The notes beneath the pieces are model-generated. The model searched no databases. It had not been told where the DNA came from and worked only from the letters and a program-made list of their open reading frames with translations. A DNA stretch of 64,000 nt from Arenicellales bacterium (GTDB lineage: Bacteria; Pseudomonadota; Gammaproteobacteria; Arenicellales; JAHEKD01). The stretch covers positions 175,142 through 239,141 of the forward strand of contig CBDCFC010000046.1 in NCBI GenBank assembly GCA_965215945.1, written 5' to 3'. Position numbers and translations under genes: made by a program. Of the stretch, positions 27,667 to 38,973 are shown in pieces (positions within the stretch are counted from its first letter, which is position 1; each line of letters starts with the position of its first letter).

Positions 27667-28134
27667 TTAAATTCGCAAACCAGTTTTTTTTAAAATGCGT
27701 TTGCTGTAGAGGATTTCATGGCCTTTATTATCATCTCCTAATAAATCGGCAATCGTTTTCGCATGCCTTTCGACTTCATTGCGGTCATGGGCATGAATCA
27801 TGGCAAAAAGATTATAGTTCCAGATGCCTGGATGCCGTGGTCGTTGATAACAATGACTGACAAATGGAAACTCGCCAATACGTTCACCGTATTCGATGAT
27901 TTTATCATCGGCCACATCCCATACGCTCATGCCATTAGCAACATAACCAAGTTTATAATGGTTAGGCACCGCAGCAACGCGTCGAATGATGCCGGAATCA
28001 AGCATCTGTTGCATTCGCTTGATCACTTCTGATTCGTCTGTATTTAACTGCTCAGCAATTTCAAGATAGGGTTGAGGGCAAAGGGGCAAACCCGCCTGGG
28101 TAGCGCGGATAATTTCTCTATCGGTCTTATCCAT
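27667..28134 (-). CDS. nirH: Siroheme decarboxylase subunit NirH (Lrp/AsnC-like)
   Basis: AsnC-type wHTH N-terminus (D.EII...Q.GLPL...PY) plus a C-terminal NirDL-type domain (HCYQRP....WNYNLFAMIH). Last of four tandem paralogs. Confidence 0.8.
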   Translation of the reverse strand: MDKTDREIIRATQAGLPLCPQPYLEIAEQLNTDESEVIKRMQQMLDSGIIRRVAAVPNHYKLGYVANGMSVWDVADDKIIEYGERIGEFPFVSHCYQRPRHPGIWNYNLFAMIHAHDRNEVERHAKTIADLLGDDNKGHEILYSKRILKKTGLRI

Positions 28135-28137
28135 AGG

Positions 28138-28605
28138 CTAAACTGGTAAATAAAGGTTAACAAAAAAGGAATGTTGTTTGGGCATGTTGTAAACCGTTAA
28201 ACCCGTTTTAGTTTCGATACGATCAATAACTACATCAACATCCTGTTGACACTCGGTGGCTAATACAAACCACATATTTAGATCGTGTTCGCGTTCATAG
28301 TTATGGGCAACTTCCTTTATAGTGTTTAGGCGCTCAGTAATCGCTTCAAACTGATCCGCCGGCACCTTCATTGCCGCAAGTGTCAAGCCGCCGCCGAATT
28401 CAGCCGCATCATACATGGGGCCAAATCGAGTGAGGAATTTTTCATTCAATAACCGCTTAAGTCTGGTTATTAAATCAGTTTCATTCAGTCCAAGGTCTTC
28501 TGCTGCCTGTAAATACGGTCTGGAACAAATCGGGAAACCTTTTTGTAAGGTGTTGATGATTTTTTTGTCTATCTCATCAAGCTGATAATCATCAGTTTCA
28601 GACAT
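28138..28605 (-). CDS. nirG: Siroheme decarboxylase subunit NirG
   Basis: Same two-domain architecture (LDEIDKKIINTLQKGFPI..RPY ... HNYEREHDLNMWFV). ATG at 28605 overlaps the nirL stop by 8 nt. Confidence 0.8.
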   Translation of the reverse strand: MSETDDYQLDEIDKKIINTLQKGFPICSRPYLQAAEDLGLNETDLITRLKRLLNEKFLTRFGPMYDAAEFGGGLTLAAMKVPADQFEAITERLNTIKEVAHNYEREHDLNMWFVLATECQQDVDVVIDRIETKTGLTVYNMPKQHSFFVNLYLPV

Positions 28606-29074
28606 ATTTTGCGCCTCTTTGCTTATAGGCCTTCTCGCCGAATAAAATTGCCCTGGGATACTGTTCAATTTCCAGTTCAGACTGGATTGTCACCAGACTG
28701 TCATGAACAAATTCACGACTTTTCGCGTGAATCATGCAGAACAAATTATAAGGCCAGTCAGGCAATACTCGAGGGCGTCGATAGCATAAGTTAACACTGT
28801 TGAAATTGGCCATTTTTGTGGCTATTTCATCGACCAACTCATCTGGAATATTCCATACGACCATGGCATTATGTTGATATCCCAGAGTTCGGTGCATGAT
28901 AATCAGGCCAAAACGGGAAATGATTTTCTCTGCCTGTTTCGATCGAATAAAATTCAATACATCAGCTTCCCGGCAGCCAACTTTTTTAGCAATGTTCAAA
29001 TAAGGTTCTGATTCTAACGGTAAGCCATTTTGCAGTTCACAGAGTATTTTTTTCTCAAGCTCAGTCAATCTCAA
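28598..29074 (-). CDS. nirL: Siroheme decarboxylase subunit NirL
   Basis: LTELEKKILCELQNGLPL...PY ... CYRRPRVLPDWPYNLFCMIH. Overlaps the nirD stop. Confidence 0.8.
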   Translation of the reverse strand: MRLTELEKKILCELQNGLPLESEPYLNIAKKVGCREADVLNFIRSKQAEKIISRFGLIIMHRTLGYQHNAMVVWNIPDELVDEIATKMANFNSVNLCYRRPRVLPDWPYNLFCMIHAKSREFVHDSLVTIQSELEIEQYPRAILFGEKAYKQRGAKYV

Positions 29075-29528
29075 ATCCCAGGTTTAAATAATAGGCCGCT
29101 TCCAAAGGCAGACTGAGCACCTTTAATCCGCTCTTTTGGGAAATGGAATCCAGTGTTTTTGATAGATGTTGTTGGTTTTGGGCTGTAATAACAAACCACA
29201 GGTTAAATTCATGACTGCGTTGGTAGTTATGATTTACCTCGTCGAATGAGTTTATTATCTGAGCAATTTTATCAATTTCAGTGTTCGCTACAGCCATAGC
29301 ACAAAGTGTGCTGACGCCAATGGTATTGGGTGTAATGATGGCACCGATGCGGGAGAGGATTTTATTTTTTTTTAAGCGATTTAGACGTTTAATTACCTCG
29401 GCTTCAGTGATAGAGCATTGCTCAGCGATTTGTTTGTAGGGTCGAGGTGTCACCGGAAAGTTATCCTGAAACATATTGATGATGAATTTATCTACAGAAT
29501 CAAGCAGTTGAAGGTTTTCTTGGTTCAT
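29061..29528 (-). CDS. nirD: Siroheme decarboxylase subunit NirD
   Basis: LDSVDKFIINMFQDNFPV..RPY ... HNYQRSHEFNLWFV. 4-nt overlap with nirF. Confidence 0.8.
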   Translation of the reverse strand: MNQENLQLLDSVDKFIINMFQDNFPVTPRPYKQIAEQCSITEAEVIKRLNRLKKNKILSRIGAIITPNTIGVSTLCAMAVANTEIDKIAQIINSFDEVNHNYQRSHEFNLWFVITAQNQQHLSKTLDSISQKSGLKVLSLPLEAAYYLNLGFEID

Positions 29529-30694
29529 AAGCCGATCTGATGCGCTCTGTGCGTCATGAATATACCGCTGGGTTTATCGGCTGACAGTGATTTGACGACA
29601 CAATCACAGGCTGTGTCATAGATGTCGATTCGATTTTCATCTCGCACTGATACCCAGACTGTTTCTCCACGAGATGAAAATTCCATGTGCAAAATACCTT
29701 TTCCGGCTTCAAATGTTTTACTTATTTGATTTGTTCTGGCATCGATAATCTGGATTTTGTCGTTTTTTGGATGAGCAAAATTGACCCATATCTCACGTTC
29801 CGTCGGGCTGGCCATAACAAACACAGGTTGACCATAGGTTTTAATTCGTTTTGTAATTTGAAAACCCGGTTTATCGATCAACAGCACTTCGTGATGGCCA
29901 ACACCTGGAATATAAAAATATTGTTCTGAATTTGCCCAGCCTTCCAGATGCGGCATTTTATAGACAGGCATTTTCGGATCACTTTTTTTGTATTCGGGTA
30001 ATATTCGTGAAATGCCTTGCTCAGGATGCCATAAATCGAGCATTACCATGCCGTCTTCACCAAACAGTCCCGCCAGATAATAACGCCCATTACGGGTAAT
30101 CAATCCATCATAAGGATTTTTGCCGACCTCAGTATATTTGCTTAATTGCTGATCATTGTTTAAATGCCAGATTTCGCCCGTGTCCCAAAGACTGAACATA
30201 AATCCGTTTCCAGGGGTGTCCACAAGCCCAACGACTTTGCTGTTTTTACCATCTATTGGTGTGGCAGGGATATCGGCCAAAATATCCAGGCTTTGTGCAT
30301 CAAATAGCTTTACACCTCCGGGTTCATAATTCGATACGGCGATAACTTTTCCATCCTGGGAGATGGCACCGCCAATGCTGTTACCTGCCTGAATAATACG
30401 TTTAACAATACCTTGAGTAAGCAAATCTATCTTGGTTAAGCCGCCGTCTCTGCCGAAGATATAGGCATAACGCTGATCACGGCTGAAGACAACTGATGCG
30501 TGTGACAAATCACCAAACCCTTCGATTCGTTTAATGACAGTCTGTCGACTTGTATCCGCGATCAAAACACTTGCTTGCTCACGTTCAATGATCACAGCCA
30601 GGTCACCTGTGCCTCGCAATGTCGATTGAGTATTAACACAGCCTGAGAGGCCTGTCATTAACAAGACAATGGCAAAAAGAAACTTAGTCATCAT
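29525..30694 (-). CDS. nirF: Heme d1 biosynthesis protein NirF (cd1-type beta-propeller, lipoprotein)
   Basis: Lipobox LSGC. Eight-bladed-propeller-like sequence homologous to the NirS/NirN d1 domain but without a heme c motif. ATG at 30694 inside ORF 29525-30736. Confidence 0.8.
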   Translation of the reverse strand: MMTKFLFAIVLLMTGLSGCVNTQSTLRGTGDLAVIIEREQASVLIADTSRQTVIKRIEGFGDLSHASVVFSRDQRYAYIFGRDGGLTKIDLLTQGIVKRIIQAGNSIGGAISQDGKVIAVSNYEPGGVKLFDAQSLDILADIPATPIDGKNSKVVGLVDTPGNGFMFSLWDTGEIWHLNNDQQLSKYTEVGKNPYDGLITRNGRYYLAGLFGEDGMVMLDLWHPEQGISRILPEYKKSDPKMPVYKMPHLEGWANSEQYFYIPGVGHHEVLLIDKPGFQITKRIKTYGQPVFVMASPTEREIWVNFAHPKNDKIQIIDARTNQISKTFEAGKGILHMEFSSRGETVWVSVRDENRIDIYDTACDCVVKSLSADKPSGIFMTHRAHQIGL

Positions 30695-31022
30695 TGTCTT
30701 GTTCCGCTTTAAGTTTGATTGCCAAATAGCGCGCATCTTCAGCGCTAAGCAAATTTTCCCATGGAGGCATAGCGGTGCCGGGCAGTCCGTTAAGAATAAT
30801 GGTGGCTAATGATTCCACTGTATGTTTTTCCATATCGCTTGCGAGCAGTGATGGGCCCAGACCGCCTTTGCGATTGAGGCCGTGACATGAGCCACAATCG
30901 TGTTTGAGTAGGTTGTCCAGTTGTTGTTGCTTGTCTTGTGGTATTTGTGCATAGCTATGCAGATTGATACTAATAACTAGAAATGCGCAGCATAGTCTTG
31001 ATCTGGTTTTACTTATTGCCAT
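30684..31022 (-). CDS. nirC: Monoheme cytochrome c55X NirC
   Basis: Signal peptide. CGSCHG heme motif. GLPGTAMPPW distal Met region. 112 aa. Confidence 0.8.
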   Translation of the reverse strand: MAISKTRSRLCCAFLVISINLHSYAQIPQDKQQQLDNLLKHDCGSCHGLNRKGGLGPSLLASDMEKHTVESLATIILNGLPGTAMPPWENLLSAEDARYLAIKLKAEQDNDD

Positions 31023-31031
31023 CGTGATAAA

Positions 31032-32519
31032 TTAGTGACTGGTTCCCTCAGATAATGTGATTTTGTTGTAAATGTTGTATTTGCCGGACGGCTTTTTCAT
31101 CGGAATACGTTTTACTTCTTCCAGCGTCCGCATGTTATAAATCACCAATGCGCCGTCATCTTCCCAAATACTAACTAGTGCATGACAGCCATGTCGGTCA
31201 AATTCAATATGCGCACTGGTTTTGCCTGCCTCAGGAATTAATGTTTTGACAATGTCCAGTGTTTGTTTGTCTATTACTAAAATTTGCTCTTTTTGTTCGC
31301 CAAAAAATACATCAGCCATGGCATAGGCTGATTTTTCATGGCTGCGCATAAAAAATCCAGGACCAGGTGTTTTCAATTGTTTGATGATTTGCCAGTTGCT
31401 CATATCAATAAAAGAAATTTCATTTTTGCGTAAGTTCTGACTAGCCAGAACCCGAGTGTCGTTATAGTCGAAACTAAACCCAGAGCCCAGATGTGGTAAA
31501 CCTTCAAGCGCCACTTCGGCGATTGTTTGATGATTATCCAGATTGATAACCGCCGCTTTTCCACCTTCTCGAGTGCTACCGATAAGATATTGGTAATCTT
31601 GCGAAAAGAAGAAATCGTCAATAATGTTATCTGTCTCAATACGTGTCGGCTCCAGTATTGACGATTGTGCTGACTGATAGGTGATTTCCCACACCTGGGG
31701 AATATCTTTTAACGCCGCAATAAAGCTATCGCGAGGTGGGGCAGTATAAACCGCGCTGACACGCGAGGATTTTTCACCCGCTGTGACGTTAATTTCTGAT
31801 TTAAATGACAGATCGTCGGCATCGAGTGCAACAATACTATGTGGAAGGTAGTTGGCAACCAGAATTGTTTTGTTATCGGCTGACAGAGCAATATTGCGGG
31901 TGTTAATTCCAGCCCGAATTTCAAAAAGCGTCTTGAGATTGTAAATATCAAATTTGGAAATCCAGCCGTCGCGTGAAGCAAAATAAACATAACGTCCATC
32001 GGTTGAAAACTTTGGACCGCCATGCAGCGCCGGACGGGTTTTGAAACGATGAATTACTTTAAAAGCGTCACCATCAAGCAGGCTGGCACTGTGATCACCC
32101 AACTCAACAACGATGAACATGTTCAGTTTATCGGCAACAGGATAAATCGGCTCGGAAGATAAGTTGTCATGTTGATGGTCAACGTGACTGGCCTCGATTT
32201 GGGGTCTGGACCACACTGGCACTTGCGCTAAAGGTGTATAGATATATTCAACCAGCTCATCAATTTCAGCTTCAGAAAGTCTATCTGCAAACGCTGGCAT
32301 TTGGGTTAAAGGACGTCCGGCTGAAATGATTTCCTTAGCCGCTATTTTTTTTAAACGCTTGAGATTCTCGGGTAACAAGGCTGAGCCGAGCGCACCCAAT
32401 CTGTCACTTCCATGACAACTAGAGCAATGTTGCTGATATAAGGTCTTTATTGTTGAGTCTTCTGCGAAAGCAGGGTAGTTAAGTGCAATAAAAAGCAGAG
32501 CGGTGTTAAACCACTTCAT
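31032..32519 (-). CDS. nirN: Dihydro-heme d1 dehydrogenase NirN (cytochrome c + cd1 propeller)
   Basis: Signal peptide. CSSCHG heme c domain. cd1-type propeller paralogous to nirS. 495 aa. Confidence 0.8.
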   Translation of the reverse strand: MKWFNTALLFIALNYPAFAEDSTIKTLYQQHCSSCHGSDRLGALGSALLPENLKRLKKIAAKEIISAGRPLTQMPAFADRLSEAEIDELVEYIYTPLAQVPVWSRPQIEASHVDHQHDNLSSEPIYPVADKLNMFIVVELGDHSASLLDGDAFKVIHRFKTRPALHGGPKFSTDGRYVYFASRDGWISKFDIYNLKTLFEIRAGINTRNIALSADNKTILVANYLPHSIVALDADDLSFKSEINVTAGEKSSRVSAVYTAPPRDSFIAALKDIPQVWEITYQSAQSSILEPTRIETDNIIDDFFFSQDYQYLIGSTREGGKAAVINLDNHQTIAEVALEGLPHLGSGFSFDYNDTRVLASQNLRKNEISFIDMSNWQIIKQLKTPGPGFFMRSHEKSAYAMADVFFGEQKEQILVIDKQTLDIVKTLIPEAGKTSAHIEFDRHGCHALVSIWEDDGALVIYNMRTLEEVKRIPMKKPSGKYNIYNKITLSEGTSH

Positions 32520-34530
32520 AATTCAATAGCTTGTCAGGTAAGGCTTCTGAATTGAACCAGGACAAATCTTCAGCCAATCTGACAACATCACCAATAATGA
32601 TTAAAACCGGTGATTTCATCGCTTTGGTTTTGTCAGGCAGGCTTTGAATCGTTCCTTTAATAACCACTTGACTTTCAGTTGTTCCGTTGTAAATGGCTGC
32701 TGCCGGAGTGTTAACAGACAGGCCATGGCGAATGAGTTCAGAGGATAACTTCGGAAAACTGGACAGTGCCATAAAAAAGACAATAGTATGATTACAATTG
32801 GCCAAATAATTGAAATCTAAATCCAGTTTGTCCTCTTTGCAGTGACCGGTCACAAAAGTTACGCTCTGGGTGTAATCGCGATGGGTCAGGGGTATGCCGC
32901 TGTAAGCACCACAGCCATTCGCGGCACTAATGCCTGGAACAACTTCATGGGCGATGCCTGCTTTTACCAGAGCCTGTAATTCTTCCCCGCCACGCCCAAA
33001 TATGAACGGATCGCCACCTTTCAGCCTAACTACGGATTTATTGGTTTGCGCCAGTTTGATTAGCAATTGATTAATGCTGTCTTGAGCTAAACTGTGATTC
33101 GACATTTGTTTGCCAACATTGATCACCTCAGTGGTTTTGGGTATCAAATCAAGCACGCCTTTTGAAATAAGCCGGTCATGTACCACGACATCAGCGTTCT
33201 GGATAAGCGTTAATGCTTTAACTGTTAATAACCCGGGATCACCCGGGCCTGCACCGACTAAATAAACTTTGCCGTTTTTTGCTGTTTGAGTAGCCAACTT
33301 TAATTTTGCAGGTTTTTTCCTGGTTTTTTCGGGATCAAAACGAACTGTTTTGGGCATTAACCAGTTTTCCAGCGCCTTGGTAGGATTGTTTTTCAACTCA
33401 ATTTCATTATCGGTAAGATAACAACCCGGATCTTCACCCATAGGATCACCGCTAGAAACATAGGCTCTGACCCGGGTGTTACCATTACAGATCGAGCTAT
33501 ACGAACAATTCCCGCAACGTCCTTTCAATTCACGTGGTGATTGTCTGAATTTATGAATTAAAGGATCATCAGTTTGTTGCCAGATTTGTGAAAAAGGCTT
33601 GTCTTTTACATTGCCGATCGAATAATTCCACCAGAATGTGTCAGGATGTACATTGCCAATGTTGTCGATATTGGCGATAAACTTGCCGGTTGAGTTGCCG
33701 CCCCAAGCGACTAAACGCCGCTTAATTGTCTCAGCCTGCTCTGGAAATCGTTTTTTCACCCAATGATAAAAATACACGCCGTCGGCATCGTTATTACCGG
33801 TGACATATTCCCGATTGATGCCTGCTGTTAAGTCTTTGAGGCAATTTTCAAATAACAGATCAATAGCAGTACGGGTCATTTTATGGTGAGCGTCATCACG
33901 CCGGTTTGTTCTGCCCCGCCCTGAGTAATTCAGATGTGACAGATAAAACTTATCGACGTTGAATTCCCGCAGTGTATCGATAATATCTTCAAGATCGGCA
34001 AAGTTGTCTTTGGTAAGCGTAAAGCGTAAGCCGACTTTAATATCATTTTGACTGCATAAAGAAAGTCCGCGCATAGCATCATCAAAACCGCCTTGCCTAC
34101 GTCTAAAATAATCATGATTCTCACGATTGCCGTCTATGCTGATGCCGACATAGTTATAACCTGCGGCTTTAATTTGTTTAATATTATTTTCTGTGATCAA
34201 GGTGCCATTGCTGGAAAGTCCGACATACAAGTGTTTGCTTTTAGCATATTGTGTCAGTTCAAAAATATCATGTCGCAACAACGGTTCTCCACCGGATAAT
34301 ATTAAGGCCGGGACTGAATAGCCAGCTAAATCATCAATTACAGATTTAGCCTGCTCGGTCGTCAGTTCACCGGGAAAATCAATATCGGCGGAAGTAGAGT
34401 AGCAATGACGGCAGGTTAGATTACACCTTCGAATCAGATTCCAGATCACCACAGGCGCTTTGGGTGTGCGAATAGGGCGCATACTACCCGGTGATAGCAC
34501 CTCCTGCATCATTTGGCTGATTCTAAACAT
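32506..34530 (-). CDS. nirJ: Fusion of radical-SAM NirJ and SAM-dependent uroporphyrinogen-III C-methyltransferase (NirE/CobA)
   Basis: N-terminus has CNLTCRHCY radical-SAM motif, GGEPLL, and SPASM-like CGNCSYSSICNG. After a Lys-rich linker the C-terminus has VYLVGAGPGDPGLLTVKAL..ADVVVHD, VVRLKGGDPFIFGRGGEE (SUMT). Confidence 0.85.
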   Translation of the reverse strand: MFRISQMMQEVLSPGSMRPIRTPKAPVVIWNLIRRCNLTCRHCYSTSADIDFPGELTTEQAKSVIDDLAGYSVPALILSGGEPLLRHDIFELTQYAKSKHLYVGLSSNGTLITENNIKQIKAAGYNYVGISIDGNRENHDYFRRRQGGFDDAMRGLSLCSQNDIKVGLRFTLTKDNFADLEDIIDTLREFNVDKFYLSHLNYSGRGRTNRRDDAHHKMTRTAIDLLFENCLKDLTAGINREYVTGNNDADGVYFYHWVKKRFPEQAETIKRRLVAWGGNSTGKFIANIDNIGNVHPDTFWWNYSIGNVKDKPFSQIWQQTDDPLIHKFRQSPRELKGRCGNCSYSSICNGNTRVRAYVSSGDPMGEDPGCYLTDNEIELKNNPTKALENWLMPKTVRFDPEKTRKKPAKLKLATQTAKNGKVYLVGAGPGDPGLLTVKALTLIQNADVVVHDRLISKGVLDLIPKTTEVINVGKQMSNHSLAQDSINQLLIKLAQTNKSVVRLKGGDPFIFGRGGEELQALVKAGIAHEVVPGISAANGCGAYSGIPLTHRDYTQSVTFVTGHCKEDKLDLDFNYLANCNHTIVFFMALSSFPKLSSELIRHGLSVNTPAAAIYNGTTESQVVIKGTIQSLPDKTKAMKSPVLIIIGDVVRLAEDLSWFNSEALPDKLLNYEVV

Positions 34531-34589
34531 TGGTGATCCTTAGAGTGCGGTGATCTGAATGATTTTATTTAAATTAGGCAATGAGATAC

Positions 34590-34603
34590 TTGATGTATGT
34601 CAA
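34590..34603. promoter_or_regulatory. FNR/Dnr-like box upstream of nirJ::E
   Basis: TTGATGTATGTCAA (one mismatch in the right half-site), centred about 66 bp upstream of the nirJ start. Confidence 0.6.
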
Positions 34604-34684
34604 GCTTAATAGATACTCTGGATATAATGATGTATTACTAGCGATTTTATTGCCTAAAGGCCAATCGAAAACGAGTGCTTACGG

Positions 34685-35314
34685 TTATAGGCAAACCCAA
34701 ATTTGATTGTTATCAACTTTGTACTCAATGCGAGTAAGTGGTTGATCACCTTTTTCAATACACTCACCGTTTGTAATATCAAACTTCCAGTCATGTTTAG
34801 GGCAGGTTAGTACCTTGTCATTCAATGATTCATCGGTAATTGCAGTTGCCTGGTGCGGACAGTGTTGATCAAAAACAATAATTGATGCTTCCTTGTTCAT
34901 GTGAACAAAAATTCCACGATTAGCGATTTCACGATATAGGGTTTCATTTGGCTTTAATTCGTCAATATCCATAACTTTATGCCAAGTTGTTTCATTAACC
35001 AGATTTTCAGGCCTGAATTCTGGTAAATCCATTTCGATTACTATTTCTATGGCCCAGACAATTTTGGTCAGCCCAAGCGTTGGAAAAGCAACCATCATGG
35101 CATCAATTATTTCGTTAGCGGAAACCCCGATGTCTAATGCTCTTTTTAAATATTGTTTGAAGCCTTTTTCAGTCTGATTATCGACTTTTGTAATGACAGA
35201 GATTATTGCCTTTGTTCTATCATCAAGTGAGCCACTAGATTTCTTAATGAAACTAAAATAAGCTTGCATTGCATCCGGCCGGACTTTCAATAAATAATTC
35301 AGTGCTTCGCTCAT
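34685..35314 (-). CDS. Fusion of a carboxymuconolactone-decarboxylase (AhpD-like) domain and a Rieske [2Fe-2S] domain
   Basis: N-terminus has the CMD-family pattern (LDDRTKAIISV...ALDIGVSANEIIDAMMVA). C-terminus has HCPHQ ... TCPKHDWKFD (C-x-H ... C-x2-H Rieske ligands), NirD-small-subunit-like size. Confidence 0.7.
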   Translation of the reverse strand: MSEALNYLLKVRPDAMQAYFSFIKKSSGSLDDRTKAIISVITKVDNQTEKGFKQYLKRALDIGVSANEIIDAMMVAFPTLGLTKIVWAIEIVIEMDLPEFRPENLVNETTWHKVMDIDELKPNETLYREIANRGIFVHMNKEASIIVFDQHCPHQATAITDESLNDKVLTCPKHDWKFDITNGECIEKGDQPLTRIEYKVDNNQIWVCL

Positions 35315-35394
35315 GGATTATCGAATTTGATTATGCAGATAATAAAGTTTTAATTACAATTATAACGATGAATTGATGTCCTGTTCATCATAGT

Positions 35395-35416
35395 AAAGGC
35401 CGGACGAATCCGGCCT
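35395..35416 (-). terminator. Hairpin after nirS
   Basis: AAGGCCGGA cgaa TCCGGCCTT, perfect 9-bp stem, 29 nt after the nirS stop. Only a short T-run follows on the minus strand. Confidence 0.5.
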
Positions 35417-35444
35417 TGTATTAGTTTTAAAGTTTAGTTTTTAA

Positions 35445-37178
<1,734 letters not shown>

Positions 37179-37241
37179 TTATACCGTCCTTCGGTAGATT
37201 GACTTGTTTCTGAATGATAAAAAAAATAGCCTCAGTTTTCT

Positions 37242-37255
37242 TTGATGTACATCAA
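37242..37255. promoter_or_regulatory. FNR/Dnr box upstream of nirS
   Basis: Perfect TTGATGTACATCAA centred about 73 bp upstream of the nirS ATG. Confidence 0.85.
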
Positions 37256-37393
37256 GAATTCATCATTTATTGACCAGGTTGAAGCTGGCTGAAATCAAAT
37301 TATCAATCCTGCTTTTTGAAACGTTTTATTTTGCAGCTAACTTATTCAGTATACTAGCTGCACATGGAAACTAAGCCCAGGAGATTATAGATT

Positions 37394-38857
37394 ATGGCGA
37401 GGATAGCGGTGGGGGGCTGGCAGCATGAGACCAACACATTTGCTCCTTTTCTGGCGGAGTATGAAGATTTTGTTGAAACTGATGAGTGGCCGGGACTGGC
37501 GATTGGGGATAAGTTGTTTAGTGCAACAGAAGGTGTGCATTTACCTATTACCGGGTCATTAAAAACACTAAGGCAAACTGATCATGAGCTTTTACCGCTT
37601 TTATGGTGCTCCGCTCGTCCATCTTCTTATGTTACTGATAATGCTTTTGAGCGCATTAGCAACATCCTTTTAGATCAAATTCGCCTGCACATGCCGCTTG
37701 ATGGAATTTATCTGGATTTGCATGGTGCCATGGTGACCCAAACTTATGCTGATGGTGAAAGTGAGATTTTAAGACGCGTTCGCCGGATGGTTGGTGATGA
37801 AGTGCCAATAGCAGTGAGTCTGGATATGCATGCTAATGTAACCAAGCGCATGGTGGATTTAGCAACGGTCATTGATATATTTCGCACTTACCCGCATATC
37901 GACATGGGCGAAACGGGTGCTAGAACAGCCAGTCATTTATTACGCTTGCTCAATGAAAAACATTGGTATAAGTCCATACGCAAAGCAGATTTTTTAATTC
38001 CCCTTAACTGGGGATATACATGGATGGAACCTACTTCGTCGATTTATGCTGGATTATCTGAGGAAATCAATAACGAAGTTTATGCCGCTGCAATCGCTGT
38101 CGGTTTTCATCTGTCTGATATTGAGCAGGTTGGGCCGGCCGTGGTCGCATACGGTCAATCACAGAATGCCGTTGATTCTGCCACCAAAAAATTACTAAAC
38201 GTGATTAATATAAACAGAAATAACTTTAAAGGTGAAATTCTATCTGCAAGAGATGCCGTTGCGCAGGCTGTTGGGATAAGTTCTGATGCTGACAAACCTG
38301 TCATACTGGCTGATACTCAGGATAATCCGGGTGGTGGCGGCACTGGTGATACTACAGGCATTCTAAGAGAACTGATTGCTCAGCAGGTAGAAGACGCCGT
38401 TGTTGCAGTCATTGTTGATGCAGAGGTAGCTGCAAAATCACATCAGTCAGGAAAAGAAGCAATCATAGATATTGAGCTAGGCGACAAATCGGGTATGCCG
38501 GGACATTCGCCACTTTCTACTCAAGCCAAAGTCCTCGAATTGGGTGATGGTTGTTTTACCGGAACCGGCCCAATGTATCTCGGCGCACGCATGCAATTAG
38601 GCCTGATGGCACTATTAGATATCGCTGGAATAAAGGTTATTGTGAGTTCAAAAAAAATACAGGTTGCTGATCAGTCGATTCTTCGCCATTTAGGAATTGA
38701 ACCTATAAAAGAAAAAATCATTGTATTGAAGAGCTCTGTACATTTCAGAAATGATTTTCAGGATATTTCAGAAAGAGTAATACTCGCCAAATCGCCTGGT
38801 GCAGTGATCGCCGATCCGCTTGAACTCGACTATAAAAATGCTAGTATCAAAGTCTGA
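37394..38857 (+). CDS. M81-family metallopeptidase (MlrC/DUF1485-like)
   Basis: MARIAVGGWQHETNTF N-terminus and DLHGAM, SLDMHAN and TYPHIDM stretches typical of MlrC-type proteins. 487 aa. Confidence 0.7.
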   Translation: MARIAVGGWQHETNTFAPFLAEYEDFVETDEWPGLAIGDKLFSATEGVHLPITGSLKTLRQTDHELLPLLWCSARPSSYVTDNAFERISNILLDQIRLHMPLDGIYLDLHGAMVTQTYADGESEILRRVRRMVGDEVPIAVSLDMHANVTKRMVDLATVIDIFRTYPHIDMGETGARTASHLLRLLNEKHWYKSIRKADFLIPLNWGYTWMEPTSSIYAGLSEEINNEVYAAAIAVGFHLSDIEQVGPAVVAYGQSQNAVDSATKKLLNVININRNNFKGEILSARDAVAQAVGISSDADKPVILADTQDNPGGGGTGDTTGILRELIAQQVEDAVVAVIVDAEVAAKSHQSGKEAIIDIELGDKSGMPGHSPLSTQAKVLELGDGCFTGTGPMYLGARMQLGLMALLDIAGIKVIVSSKKIQVADQSILRHLGIEPIKEKIIVLKSSVHFRNDFQDISERVILAKSPGAVIADPLELDYKNASIKV

Positions 38858-38973
38858 CTTTATGCCGTAACACTGAATACTTAGTAGCTATTTGGTCGTT
38901 ATAAAAAACAACAGCTAAACTGACAAGCGTTGTTTATGTTTAGTTATTTCGATAAATCTACACGGAGGAAACC

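Noticed and set aside
27661-27691. Hairpin GTTTGC-N8-GCAAAC plus T-run after the 111-aa gene
   Set aside because: Most of it lies inside the 3' coding end of nirH on the opposite strand. The T-run encodes the KK of ...ILKKTGLRI, so a dedicated terminator cannot be claimed.
35366-35390. TTGAT half-site upstream of the CMD-Rieske gene
   Set aside because: The partner half-site at N4 spacing is TGTTC on one strand and GAACA on the other, so this is not an FNR/Dnr palindrome.
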